Position numbers and translations under genes: made by a program
Shown: positions 44,957 to 55,186 of the stretch, piece by piece
Layout of the letters: every line of letters begins with the position of its first letter
How positions within the stretch are numbered: the first letter of the stretch is position 1
Notes under the pieces: generated by a model
The model's input: only the letters and a program-made list of their open reading frames with translations
What the model was told of the DNA's origin: nothing
Database searches by the model: none
Origin: a virus
Taxonomy: Duplodnaviria; Caudoviricetes
Reading direction: 5' to 3' (one strand)
Virus record (IMG/VR): IMGVR_UViG_3300033074_000304
Span: 2,540-66,539 of that record
DNA: 64,000 nt

Positions 44957-47900
44957 ATGGCTCTGAAACCATTTTCTGGAGAACTTGATAAAGAGCCTGT
45001 GCTGAAGCCTTTTGATGGACGGCTCGACGGAGAATCCCCCAAGCGCACCATTCTTGGCACTGCAGCTGATGTCGGCGTATCGGCCTTAAAGGGCTCTGTC
45101 GGCCTCGTGCAGTCTGGTGTCGGTCTGGCTGATACCGCAACTGGCGGCCATATCGGCAAGGCTATCGAAGACTATACTCCGGTGCAGCTGAAGAAGACAC
45201 AGGCTGAGTTGGATACTTGGTATTCTGATGCCCAGAAGGCGGCCAACCAGAAGGTCTCAGACGCCAAGGGGTTCGGAGGCAAACTGTCTGCGTTGGTGGA
45301 CAACCCTTCCGTAGCATTCCACGGTGCTCTTGAGTCCGCCCCGTCCATGCTGGGTGCTGCTGGTATTGGCCGTGGTGCTGCCGCCATAGCTCCAAAGATA
45401 CTGGGTGGTGCTGCAAACGCATGGAAGGCAGCTGCTGTGGGCGAAGGCGCTTACTCCGCTGGTTCGCTTGCTGAAGGCATGAGAGAGCAGAGCAAGGACG
45501 GACTGCTCACCCCCGGCCAGCAGGGCGCTGCTGTCCTCGGCGGTCTAGGTACTGCTGCTATTGGAGGCGCGTCTGGCAAACTCCAGAAGAAGCTGGGCTG
45601 GGATGATGTTGAGGCCTCTCTGGTCAACAAGGCGGCTATCGGCGCATCCAAGAAGGGTATGCCCACCCGCATGGCTCAGGGTGCCGCCTCTGAAGGTGCC
45701 TTTGAAGAAATGCCACAGTCTATGTGGGAGAAGGGTGCTGAGAACCTTGGTGCTGGTCGTCCCTACACTGAAGGCATGGCTGAGGCTGGCGCTGAAGGCC
45801 TTGCAGTCGGTGGCCTCATGGGTGCCGGTGGTGGCACTGTCCAGCATCGTATGGCCAAGAATGACGTTGATATGGACACCTACCGCAAAGAGGTAGAGGC
45901 AGAATACCAGCGCAATATCACCGACCCGGTGCGCAAGAAAGAGTTGGAAGCCGAAATGGTGGCCCGTGGTTGGATGCAGCAACCGGGCAGCACCCAGAGT
46001 GACCAAGACTTGCTGCAGATAGGTTTTACTCCGACTGGACAACCTATCACTGATCCTCGCAAACCTTGGGCCGGTGGATCAACTTTTGATACTGGCGCAG
46101 ACGATGGACAGGCTGGCAACGCAATAGACGGTAGAGCGGTCTCAGGGGATGTCATCGCCCCTCTGTCTATGTCTGAGATTGACGTGCTGAACGGGCCACC
46201 AGTGATTGAGGGCGAAATAGTGCCTGACCGGCCTGCCCTACCAGCCCCACTCAAGGCTCTGCCTGCTCCGGCTGATCTGGCCGGGAAAGCTCTTGGCGAC
46301 AACTTCGCAATGGCTGACGGCCCACTGACCACTGGCGATACCAAGATGGGTCCGGCTGCTCAATCTGCTGGTCTTGAGTTCCGTAATGGGAACGAGTTGC
46401 TGGCAACCGATAAGACCGGCAGCCTTGATGTGCCGAGCGTGGCCAGTTCAGAACAGATTCAGCAGGCAGCCTACGACCGCGTTATGACCACCATGACCAA
46501 GACCCTGTCAGGCCAGATGCTGACCGAGCAGGAGCAGGCCCAGCTGAAGCACGACCTGAATGTGATGGGTTCGTTGCAGAAGCTGAACAAACTGGCGCCC
46601 AAGCCGGTTGATGCTGGCGTTCAGGCTCCTGCAGGAGAGATCACTCCAGCCGGTTACAAACCAGCTTCTGACAAAGGCGTTCCCACCAGCGAATACACGG
46701 CTCAGGCGAACAAGCCATTCAAGAATGCACCCAAGCAGGCACCGGTAGCCGGAGCAGGCGTAGAAGGGATGCTGACCAACCTCAAAGAAGGAGATTCATC
46801 ATGGCAAAAGGCGGATTCTCAGCAGGCAAACCAAACCCTTTCGCAAAGCAACCAGCAGGCAAAGGAGCCCCAGCAGTCCCCGGTGGCAAGCCCTTCGGCG
46901 GCAAAGACAAAGGCCCCTGCAAAAAAGGCGGCAAAAAGTAAGTCTGCTGGCGTGCCAGCGACTCAGGCTGCAAGCTCAAACCAATCTCTCACCGAAGAGA
47001 CTAAGCCTCTGCAGCCTGCTGCCGACGAGTACGCAGGAAAGACAGACGCAGAACTTGAGAAGCTGGCCGACGTCAAGGAGTCCTTTGGGCTCAAGGATGA
47101 GGCAGACGCTATAAGGGCACGCATTGGCAGCACTAAGGCTGCAAGCGCACCATCTGGGGCCACGATGCCTGAGACGCCTCTGCAGCCTGCTAAACCGACC
47201 CTGATCTCTGAAGGCATCAAGAAGCAGAAGGCCAAGAAGGCAGCTGCTCCTGCTGCTGTCGAGACCCCCACCCACGAAGTCATGACTGAAGGTGGAGACA
47301 AGGTAAGTGTGCAGGCCAAGGACAAGGCAACAGCCAAGAAAATGGTGCAGCTCGCTGAAGCCATGGACGCCATACCCCAGCTCAAGAAGGACATACAGAA
47401 GGCCAAAGACAAAAATAGAGACGCGGATTATATCGCTGACCTTGAATCATATCTTGCAGACGCTCGCAAAACGGTGCAGAAGCTGAAGGGCCAAGGAGTG
47501 GAGGCTCCGACCAACTGGGGTAAAGGTGAAGCCAGATATGAAGCCGAGATGTCCAACATCGATGATACCACGGTAAACACAACCAAATGGTCTGCCCCGG
47601 ACGCTGCCACCAACGAGTCTGAGTCAGAGACCGATAAAAAGGAACCACCGACCTTCGAGGAGTATGCCCGAGGTGTAGCCATCGAGACGGTCATGAAGCG
47701 TCAGGCTATCCGGTCCATGGCGACCAACGCAGCCCCCGGAGTCAACATCTGGCGCAACGTGGCTGAGATGAACAAGGAACGGGGCACCGATGTCAAGGTT
47801 GGCGGAGAGGGCTTCTACTCCTCTGACGACGGCTCAATCCACTTCTTCACCGATGACATCAAGGGCAAGGACCTTGCCACTGCTGCCAGCCGCGCTGCTT

Positions 47901-50900
47901 ACGTCGCCCGTCACGAGCTCAAACACCGTGGCTTTGTGGCTATCTTTGGCGACAAGATGAACCCGATGCTGGATGCCGTCTACAACCAGCACAAGGACAG
48001 GGTAGATGCGTATGTCAACGGTTTGAACCCGTTCCGTGTTGAGGCCAAGCTGGCACCGCTAGACTTGACCGCAGAAGCAGGCCAGCGCGAAGGCACTGAA
48101 GAATGGCTGGCGTCCCACACTGACCCCGCCTATGCCGGTGCGTCTGCCCTGACCAAGGCTATGGTGGGCAGTAACTCTATCCGTAGGCTCACTTCTGCTG
48201 CACGCAACTGGCTGCGCATGGCTGGTCTTAACCTCAAGTGGTCTGATCAAGACATTCTGAGCATGGCCAAGCAAGCCTTCAAAGCTGGACGTGACACCAA
48301 GGCAAAAGTTGGTGGTATTGACAAAACAACTAAGAAGTCGCATAGTACAAATGTAAACAGGTTCTCTCTCAACGCGCAAACGAACAAGCCGGGTGGCTAT
48401 GCCGGGATTTCTGCCAACACAAGGGATGCCCTTGAGAAATCAGTGGCAACTTACATGCCCCAAGTGGAAGCGATGCTGGACTCTGGCAAGCTTGATCTGT
48501 ACCATGGTACTGGCAACGATACCCCCAACGTATCGGCAGACGGGTACTTTGATGCACGCCAGTTCTCAGGTACGAACGAAGGTGGTGCTGCTCTGGGAGC
48601 CGGGACATACTTGGCTACCACGCCTGAGACAGGGATGTTCTACGCCGCTGCCTACACCAATGGCGTAGAGACCTACTTCCTGAATACGAGAGTGAACCCA
48701 CGGGCACAAGGCAAATCAGTTCTCAGGTTTGACGTGCCGCTGAACAAGCAGACCAAGCGTGTACAGGATGCCATCAGGGCAGCAGGGTTTGCAGTTGATG
48801 ACACAACAGGGACGGTCTTTTACAACCAGACAGCACCAAAGGCAGGCGGTGAGTGGGCACTGAACGATATCCTGTCCAAGCACGGCATTATAGGAACGGC
48901 AGCCCCGGCAGGTTGGGCAGGTGGCCATCTGTCGAGTAATGAGGCAGTAGTCAGGGCAGCTGATAATGGTGAGTTGAACTACGCGATATTCAATGACCGT
49001 GAGCATATCGAGATCAGAAGCCGCACCGTAATGAAGGCGGACGCCAAAGGGCAGTGGAAGCCAGTTGACTCAACGCTGTACAGAACTGGCAACATGTCCA
49101 CAGAAGCAGCGCCGGGGCTTGACTCAGGATATGGATACGCAGACGCCTACCAGCAATCTCCACTGAAAGTCAGGGATGAGTTTGACGACCGCACTCTGGC
49201 AGCCAAGCGCAAGTTCATCCTGAACGCGATGGATGTGCTGGGCCTCAAAGACCGTGGCCTACTGAGAGGGTACGGGCTCTGGAAGGGCCAGACCAACAAA
49301 GCCGACCAAGACCTGATCAGGCATGAGCTTGAGATCGACGAGAAGGGTAAGCCAGTATTCAAGGCCGAGTATGAGCAGCAGCTGAGAACGCTGCTTGCAC
49401 TGGCAGGCATGGTCACCCATCAGGATGGCGAGGGTTACCACGTACCGGTATATGAATCCACTGGTGAGTTTGACAACGCCATTGAGTTTGACTTCGGTGG
49501 CCAGCTTACCAGAGATGAGTTTCAGAAGTTTGGCGCAGAACTGACCAAGATATTTGGCGATGCGGCTCCGATTGCGGTGCCTACTGACAACGGTATCAGA
49601 GTAGTGGATTGGAGCGAAGGTGATTTTAAGACGTTTAAGCTCGCCATATCCGATGCCGTGGAGGCTGCTGGCCTAAAGACAAAAGCAACAGGGGCTATGG
49701 ATTTTTACTCCCCGTCTGGGCTGATGCACCATTCGGGTTTCCAAGAAGGAGTGGGTTATGGAACAAGCTACAGAGAACAGATTGCCGTTTTGGGAAAAAC
49801 CGGGAGTGCCGCCAAGACGTCCGGGACCAGACGATCCGATCTTCAACGAGCCGGTGAGGCTTTCTACCATGAGGCGTACCAGATCAGACGAGAGTTCGCA
49901 GAACGACACTGGGGCCTCAGCAGAAACGCCACCCAACAAGAGCGAGAAGCCTTAATCGGCCAAGACCCTGCTGCGTTTGCGCAAGAGTTGGCAGACACGC
50001 TGGGTGGCCAGACCGATGCAGCCTACATAGCTGACCGTGCCAATGGTGTTGGCCTCAAGGTAATGGAAGACCCAGTCAAGGGGCTCACCAACATCAAGAA
50101 CATGGTGTACAGGGACGACGTAGGCAGGGTGGCAGAAGCAATAGAGCAGGTCCAGCAAGGCAACTTTGAGGCGGTTGACAAGATCAAGCACCTGATTGCC
50201 AAGACCAAGCTGGGCACTGATATGAAAGCGTATGAAGCACTGCGCAAACCTGACGGTACGGTCTATGACCTGAACCCACCACGCAGGTTTAGCGTGGGGA
50301 CGGAGGTGCAGGATGACAGAACTGGACAAGGACGAAATACGAATATACAGCCACCTGCTGAAGGACTTGATGGAGAGTCCGGGGCAGAGGGGGCCAACCA
50401 ACAGGGTCAAAGCCAAGCTGCAGGAGCTGGGACTGGAGCCGTCAATATTGGAGACACTGGGCTACGAAGAGATGTTGCGCAGGATAGAGTCAGGCTCTCT
50501 GTAGCGGACCAAGGTTTTACAGAGTGGACAGAAGGGCTGCCATTGCGCGTGGAACTGCCAGAGCTATTCACCCGCGGGGTAGGCATAGGCCGCAACGAGT
50601 GGAGAGAAACGGACCCTGACATACTTGGGGAGAGATACAAGGACTTCGGCCCCGGCGTGTACTTGATGTTCCATGGGCCGAAGTGGCAACATAAATTCAA
50701 CAAGTTTGCCACCAAGGCAAATGATGGCGATGGCAGAGATTCCAGAGGCAATCGGTCTGTGTTTGTGTCGCCAAACGCTGAGTGGGCTGGGTCGTACCGG
50801 TTTATGCAGTTTGACGGTGCGGAAGAAGTGGCCGCACAGCTTAAATATTACGCCGACAAAGTGGCACAGGTGCGCGAAAGCGGGGGCAGCGAAGCAGAAA

Positions 50901-53900
50901 TTAAAGCCGCCCAAATCCGCCTAGATGATGAAAGCAAGGCTGCATCTAACCAGCTTTTTGGCTACGAAGTCATGCCTGTCTACGTCAAAACCAAGAACCC
51001 GTTCATGTTCTGGCGTAAGGACCACATGGACGCGCTGATAGCAGGAGTACCGGCTATGCTCGACACCTACCGCAGGGACAAGATCGCCAAGGGGGCTTGG
51101 GAGCCGTTTGACCATCCTGATGTGCAGGACTGGCTACGCGATAATGGGTATGACGCCTACTTTGAGACCGAGTTTGGCCAACTTCTTTATGAAGATAAGG
51201 ATACAGGCGATACCAAGACGGGTGGGCAGCTCAACCTCGCGCTGATAGGCCAATCAGAAGACCAGCAAATCAAATCCGCTACCGGCAACGTAGGCTCATA
51301 CGGCCAACGCCCGGTTACGGCTGAAGACGTGGCCAACCTCAAGATTACCGAAGCCGACCAGAAGGCCCTGGGCACCAACGTCGTCAAGGTAGGCGACCCC
51401 ATGACCCCGGAGATCGCCAATAAGCTGCAGGCGCTGGGGGACATCCGCTTCAGCGTAGCCACCCCGGCTGACACCATGTCCTTCACCAAGGCTGCCGACA
51501 GTGAGCGCCTGGGCTCCAACCCCGGTGGCATCTATCAGGACGCTGCTGGCAACAGGTTCTACGTTAAGTTCTACGACGATGACAATCAGGCCAAGTCAGA
51601 GATAGCTGCCGCGAAGCTGTACAGAGCAGCTGGGCTTCCTTCCCCTGACCTTACCCTCGGTCCTCTGCAAAACGGTCTCAACGGGCTTGCATCGCGCTGG
51701 AGAGATGATCTTCAGGAGTTGGAGCCTGCCGAGCTTGCTGCCCACCCTGATGCCCCGGCTGCATACTATGTATCTGCTGTTCTGAAGAACTGGGACGTGG
51801 TGGGTCTTGGGTATGACAACCTTGTCCAGACCGGCTACGGCAGACTGATGGTTGTTGACGGTGGCGGCACGTTCAAGTTCAGAGCCCAAGGTGGCCCCAA
51901 GGCATACGATGGCAATGTGCAGGCAGAACTGGACGGTTACCTTAACCCTTACCTGAATCCTGAAGCGGCCAGAGTGTTCTCCAAGATGTTTGAAGCGAAC
52001 CCGAAGGCCAAGGAGCAAGGGCAGGCCGCTGTAGCCAAGTTGACTGACAACGTGATTGACAAGGCTGTTGCTGAGGCTGGACTGGGGCAGGATATTGCTG
52101 AGGCGGCAAAGCAGCGCCGGGATGCGGTGATGAAGTTCTCGGTGGGGTCGCCTGAGTTCAAGACTTGGTTCGGCAATAGCAAGGTGGTTGACGGTCAGGG
52201 CAAGCCGCTGGTGGTGTATACAGGCACGAGCAAGGATGCTGATTTTACCAAGTTCAAAGCACCTAAAAATGGAGTATGGTTTACCTCTGACCGGGAGGTC
52301 GCGTCGCAATACGCAATGGAGAATGACAGCCAAGCCACCAAGATGGATTATTACACTGGCAAGTTTATCCACACCAACACCAGAGGTCGCGTAATACCAG
52401 TCTATTTGTCACTCCAGAACCCTAAAGCACTAGATACGGTTCCCGACTCCTTACGGTACGCATCTAACTATAAAAAAGCGCAAGGGGAGTATTTTGAACA
52501 ACTGAAAACTCAGGGCTACGATGGAGTAGTGATGCCGGGCGGCGTGTATGTGGCATTTAGGCCAGAGCAAATTAAGTCGTCAATGGGCAACCGTGGCACA
52601 TGGGATGGTAGCAACCCTGATATACGGTTCTCTATCAACGACACCCTGATTGCAACCGGCCTGACCCAAGGCCAATTCAACGCCCTCCATAATGTGGGGG
52701 CTCTGACTATCGACAAGACTTGGCAAGACAAGGCGGAGTCTCTGCAGAAGTCCATGTTCGGCAACTTCAGGCAGAAGTATGTTGACCAGTTTGACCCGCT
52801 GAAAGGGCTTGATGATCCTGCTGCCTACATGTACGCCAGACTGTCCAAGGCTTCTGACGGTGCTCTTGAGGCGTTCCTGAACTACGGCGACATCCGCATC
52901 AACGGTGGGGTGTATGACAGTATCGTGGGCGGCAAGGGTCTGACTGAGCTGATGCAGGGGCTGCAGGGTGAGCACGACCGCTGGATGTGGTGGGTGGCTG
53001 CCCAGCGTGCCGACAAGCTCTCCAAGGACGAAAGGGAGCGGCTGTTCGGTACTGCTGATATCCGTGAGCTGAAGTTGTTGAACCAAGGCGACCTGCCCGA
53101 CGGCCAGAAGCGCCTGAAGGTATACTCGGATACGTTGAAGGAGTTCCAGAAACTCAACGCCAAGGTGTTGAACGTAGGCCGCGATTCCGGGCTGATAGAC
53201 GCAAACTCCAAGCAGTTCTGGGAAGACGAGTTCTACATCCCCTTCTATCGTGCAGCTGAGGACGGTATAGAGGGTTCAGATGTGGGCCCAAGCACTTCCA
53301 GCGGCCTTGTCCGCCAGTACGCATTCAAGAAGCTGAGAGGCGGCACAGGCAAGTTGAACCAAGACTTGATGGCCAATATCCTGATGAACTGGTCACACAT
53401 CCTGTCAGCTTCTGCCAAGAACCGGGCAGCAAAGCAGGCCCTTGAATCAGCAGAGCGTATGGGTATCGCGGCCAAAGCCAAGCATGGCGAGAAGGGCGCT
53501 GTCTGGTTTATGGACGGTGGTAAGAAGACCAGCTACACCATTGACGAAGAGTACGCCCCGGTACTGGACGCTATCACCGCCATATCCAGAGCAGGGAGCG
53601 ACGGTCCGGGCGCGAAAGCCATGGGCAAGTTTAAGCACTGGCTGACCGTAGGTGTTACTGCCAACCCTACCTTCAAACTGCGCAACCTGATCAGGGACTC
53701 TATCGCTGCGATGGCTGTATCACCTCTTGGCTACAACCCGCTCAAGAACGTGAGCGACGGACTTGATATCATGAGGGACAAGCAGAACCAGACCTATGCT
53801 TCGCTGCTGGCTTCTGGCGGCATCATCCGGTTTGGCACCATGCTGGAAGGCGACCGTGCCTCCCACATGAGAAAGTTGATCAATGCAGGCATCCCGGAGA

Positions 53901-55132
53901 ATACCATTGTCACCAGCTGGGAACACGTTAAAGACAAGTTCACCAAGGGTCTTGACTGGTACAACGAGTGGGGCGACACCACTGAGGGTGCCAACCGCGC
54001 TGCCCTGTACCAGCAGCTGAGGGAACAGGGCGTATCACACGCCGAGGCCGCCTTCCAAGCACGGGATATGCTGGACTTCTCTATGGGTGGCACCAGTGGG
54101 GTTATCAGATACCTGACCTCAGTTGTACCGTTTATGAACGCCCGGATTCAGGGTCTGGACAAGCTGGCTCGCGGGGCACGAGAGGATAGCGGCAGATTCG
54201 CAGCTGTGCTTGGAGCAACCGCTCTGGCGTCCCTCTTCCTGTTGATGAAGTACCGTGACGATGACGACTGGAAGAAGCGCGAGGACTGGGACCGTGACAA
54301 CTACTGGTGGTTCAAGGTAGACGGTAGGGCCTATCGTATCCCCAAGCCGTTTGAAGTGGGTGCCATAGCCACGTTGGCAGAACGCACTGCGGAACTGTAT
54401 ATGAGCGATGAGATGACTGGTAAGCAGTTCGCCAGGTTCCTTAAAGATACTGTCCTGAACACGTTTGCAATGAACCCGGTGCCACAGATGTTTAAACCGG
54501 TAATAGACGTATATGCAAACGAGAACAGCTTCACCAAGCGTGCTATTGAGTCTGAGGGGATGGAGCATCTGCAGAAGTCAGAGCGTTACACCGGCACCAC
54601 CAGTGAGGCAGCCAGACTGTTGGGCAAAAACGGGCTCGTGTCCCCGGTGCAGATTGACCACCTTGTCAAGTCCTATGCCGGGTGGCTTGGTACTGCCGCC
54701 CTGACCATAGGCGATCTGACTGCCAAGGGTATTATGGACCGCCCAGCTGAAGCCGACCGCAGGCTGAAAGAGATGTTCTTCGTGGGCAACTTCGCAGAAG
54801 AGCTGCCCAGCGCATCCAGCCGGTATCTGACACAGTTCTACAAGCAGTCCCGTGAGATCACCGAAGCTCATGCTACCTTCAAGCTGTTGAACGAGACTGA
54901 CCCTGAGCGTGCTGAGCGGTACGCTGAAGAGAAGCAGAACGAGTTGGGGCTTTACAAAGCAGCCAACAGAATACAGCGGCAACTGGCCAAACTGAACGCC
55001 CAGACAAGAGCGATAGAAAACTCCCGCGACATGACCGGGGCAGAGAAGCGTGAAGCCATAGACGCCATAACTGAAGCCAAGAATCAGCTGGCAGCCAGTG
55101 CTGAACGGAGCCTTGCTTCTGTTTTAGATTGA
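44957..55132 (+). CDS. Giant polyvalent internal virion protein (zincin + 3 ART-like + kinase-like + LPD38)
   Basis: Gly/Ala-rich N-terminus; RHELKH zincin (47912); LYHGT (48503), MFHG (50672) and VYTGT (52217) ART-PolyVal-like modules with PVY and QIKS.GN.G motifs; YVKFY...NWDVVG...VDGGG kinase-like module; RIPKPFEVG LPD38 signature. Confidence 0.85.
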   Translation: MALKPFSGELDKEPVLKPFDGRLDGESPKRTILGTAADVGVSALKGSVGLVQSGVGLADTATGGHIGKAIEDYTPVQLKKTQAELDTWYSDAQKAANQKVSDAKGFGGKLSALVDNPSVAFHGALESAPSMLGAAGIGRGAAAIAPKILGGAANAWKAAAVGEGAYSAGSLAEGMREQSKDGLLTPGQQGAAVLGGLGTAAIGGASGKLQKKLGWDDVEASLVNKAAIGASKKGMPTRMAQGAASEGAFEEMPQSMWEKGAENLGAGRPYTEGMAEAGAEGLAVGGLMGAGGGTVQHRMAKNDVDMDTYRKEVEAEYQRNITDPVRKKELEAEMVARGWMQQPGSTQSDQDLLQIGFTPTGQPITDPRKPWAGGSTFDTGADDGQAGNAIDGRAVSGDVIAPLSMSEIDVLNGPPVIEGEIVPDRPALPAPLKALPAPADLAGKALGDNFAMADGPLTTGDTKMGPAAQSAGLEFRNGNELLATDKTGSLDVPSVASSEQIQQAAYDRVMTTMTKTLSGQMLTEQEQAQLKHDLNVMGSLQKLNKLAPKPVDAGVQAPAGEITPAGYKPASDKGVPTSEYTAQANKPFKNAPKQAPVAGAGVEGMLTNLKEGDSSWQKADSQQANQTLSQSNQQAKEPQQSPVASPSAAKTKAPAKKAAKSKSAGVPATQAASSNQSLTEETKPLQPAADEYAGKTDAELEKLADVKESFGLKDEADAIRARIGSTKAASAPSGATMPETPLQPAKPTLISEGIKKQKAKKAAAPAAVETPTHEVMTEGGDKVSVQAKDKATAKKMVQLAEAMDAIPQLKKDIQKAKDKNRDADYIADLESYLADARKTVQKLKGQGVEAPTNWGKGEARYEAEMSNIDDTTVNTTKWSAPDAATNESESETDKKEPPTFEEYARGVAIETVMKRQAIRSMATNAAPGVNIWRNVAEMNKERGTDVKVGGEGFYSSDDGSIHFFTDDIKGKDLATAASRAAYVARHELKHRGFVAIFGDKMNPMLDAVYNQHKDRVDAYVNGLNPFRVEAKLAPLDLTAEAGQREGTEEWLASHTDPAYAGASALTKAMVGSNSIRRLTSAARNWLRMAGLNLKWSDQDILSMAKQAFKAGRDTKAKVGGIDKTTKKSHSTNVNRFSLNAQTNKPGGYAGISANTRDALEKSVATYMPQVEAMLDSGKLDLYHGTGNDTPNVSADGYFDARQFSGTNEGGAALGAGTYLATTPETGMFYAAAYTNGVETYFLNTRVNPRAQGKSVLRFDVPLNKQTKRVQDAIRAAGFAVDDTTGTVFYNQTAPKAGGEWALNDILSKHGIIGTAAPAGWAGGHLSSNEAVVRAADNGELNYAIFNDREHIEIRSRTVMKADAKGQWKPVDSTLYRTGNMSTEAAPGLDSGYGYADAYQQSPLKVRDEFDDRTLAAKRKFILNAMDVLGLKDRGLLRGYGLWKGQTNKADQDLIRHELEIDEKGKPVFKAEYEQQLRTLLALAGMVTHQDGEGYHVPVYESTGEFDNAIEFDFGGQLTRDEFQKFGAELTKIFGDAAPIAVPTDNGIRVVDWSEGDFKTFKLAISDAVEAAGLKTKATGAMDFYSPSGLMHHSGFQEGVGYGTSYREQIAVLGKTGSAAKTSGTRRSDLQRAGEAFYHEAYQIRREFAERHWGLSRNATQQEREALIGQDPAAFAQELADTLGGQTDAAYIADRANGVGLKVMEDPVKGLTNIKNMVYRDDVGRVAEAIEQVQQGNFEAVDKIKHLIAKTKLGTDMKAYEALRKPDGTVYDLNPPRRFSVGTEVQDDRTGQGRNTNIQPPAEGLDGESGAEGANQQGQSQAAGAGTGAVNIGDTGLRRDVAQDRVRLSVADQGFTEWTEGLPLRVELPELFTRGVGIGRNEWRETDPDILGERYKDFGPGVYLMFHGPKWQHKFNKFATKANDGDGRDSRGNRSVFVSPNAEWAGSYRFMQFDGAEEVAAQLKYYADKVAQVRESGGSEAEIKAAQIRLDDESKAASNQLFGYEVMPVYVKTKNPFMFWRKDHMDALIAGVPAMLDTYRRDKIAKGAWEPFDHPDVQDWLRDNGYDAYFETEFGQLLYEDKDTGDTKTGGQLNLALIGQSEDQQIKSATGNVGSYGQRPVTAEDVANLKITEADQKALGTNVVKVGDPMTPEIANKLQALGDIRFSVATPADTMSFTKAADSERLGSNPGGIYQDAAGNRFYVKFYDDDNQAKSEIAAAKLYRAAGLPSPDLTLGPLQNGLNGLASRWRDDLQELEPAELAAHPDAPAAYYVSAVLKNWDVVGLGYDNLVQTGYGRLMVVDGGGTFKFRAQGGPKAYDGNVQAELDGYLNPYLNPEAARVFSKMFEANPKAKEQGQAAVAKLTDNVIDKAVAEAGLGQDIAEAAKQRRDAVMKFSVGSPEFKTWFGNSKVVDGQGKPLVVYTGTSKDADFTKFKAPKNGVWFTSDREVASQYAMENDSQATKMDYYTGKFIHTNTRGRVIPVYLSLQNPKALDTVPDSLRYASNYKKAQGEYFEQLKTQGYDGVVMPGGVYVAFRPEQIKSSMGNRGTWDGSNPDIRFSINDTLIATGLTQGQFNALHNVGALTIDKTWQDKAESLQKSMFGNFRQKYVDQFDPLKGLDDPAAYMYARLSKASDGALEAFLNYGDIRINGGVYDSIVGGKGLTELMQGLQGEHDRWMWWVAAQRADKLSKDERERLFGTADIRELKLLNQGDLPDGQKRLKVYSDTLKEFQKLNAKVLNVGRDSGLIDANSKQFWEDEFYIPFYRAAEDGIEGSDVGPSTSSGLVRQYAFKKLRGGTGKLNQDLMANILMNWSHILSASAKNRAAKQALESAERMGIAAKAKHGEKGAVWFMDGGKKTSYTIDEEYAPVLDAITAISRAGSDGPGAKAMGKFKHWLTVGVTANPTFKLRNLIRDSIAAMAVSPLGYNPLKNVSDGLDIMRDKQNQTYASLLASGGIIRFGTMLEGDRASHMRKLINAGIPENTIVTSWEHVKDKFTKGLDWYNEWGDTTEGANRAALYQQLREQGVSHAEAAFQARDMLDFSMGGTSGVIRYLTSVVPFMNARIQGLDKLARGAREDSGRFAAVLGATALASLFLLMKYRDDDDWKKREDWDRDNYWWFKVDGRAYRIPKPFEVGAIATLAERTAELYMSDEMTGKQFARFLKDTVLNTFAMNPVPQMFKPVIDVYANENSFTKRAIESEGMEHLQKSERYTGTTSEAARLLGKNGLVSPVQIDHLVKSYAGWLGTAALTIGDLTAKGIMDRPAEADRRLKEMFFVGNFAEELPSASSRYLTQFYKQSREITEAHATFKLLNETDPERAERYAEEKQNELGLYKAANRIQRQLAKLNAQTRAIENSRDMTGAEKREAIDAITEAKNQLAASAERSLASVLD
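48318..48346 (+). promoter_or_regulatory. Candidate internal promoter within the giant gene
   Basis: TTGACA-17 bp-CATAGT with CAACTAAGAAG in the spacer; locally AT-rich; resembles the lysis promoter at 55129. Confidence 0.45.
49758..49955 (+). CDS. Nested overprinted ORF 1 (65 aa) in an alternative frame of the giant gene
   Basis: SD AAGGAG 6 nt before ATG; WEKPGVPPRRPGPDDPIFNEPVRLS. Confidence 0.5.
   Translation: MEQATENRLPFWEKPGVPPRRPGPDDPIFNEPVRLSTMRRTRSDESSQNDTGASAETPPNKSEKP
50313..50504 (+). CDS. Nested overprinted ORF 2 (63 aa) in an alternative frame of the giant gene
   Basis: SD GGAGGT 5 nt before ATG; globular helical-looking sequence while the giant frame here is low-complexity linker bounded by RFSV and RLSV. 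Confidence 0.6.
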   Translation: MTELDKDEIRIYSHLLKDLMESPGQRGPTNRVKAKLQELGLEPSILETLGYEEMLRRIESGSL

Positions 55133-55157
55133 AAAACAACCCAGAAGGCTGTACATT
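55129..55157 (+). promoter_or_regulatory. Candidate lysis-cassette promoter
   Basis: TTGAAA-17 bp-TACATT with CAACCCAGAAG in the spacer. Confidence 0.5.
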
Positions 55158-55186
55158 ACTGACAACTTGTTTTGAGGTGACACGTC

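Noticed and set aside
48393-48668. Third alternative-frame ORF in the giant gene
   Set aside because: No SD and composition looks like an off-frame read, unlike the two nested ORFs reported
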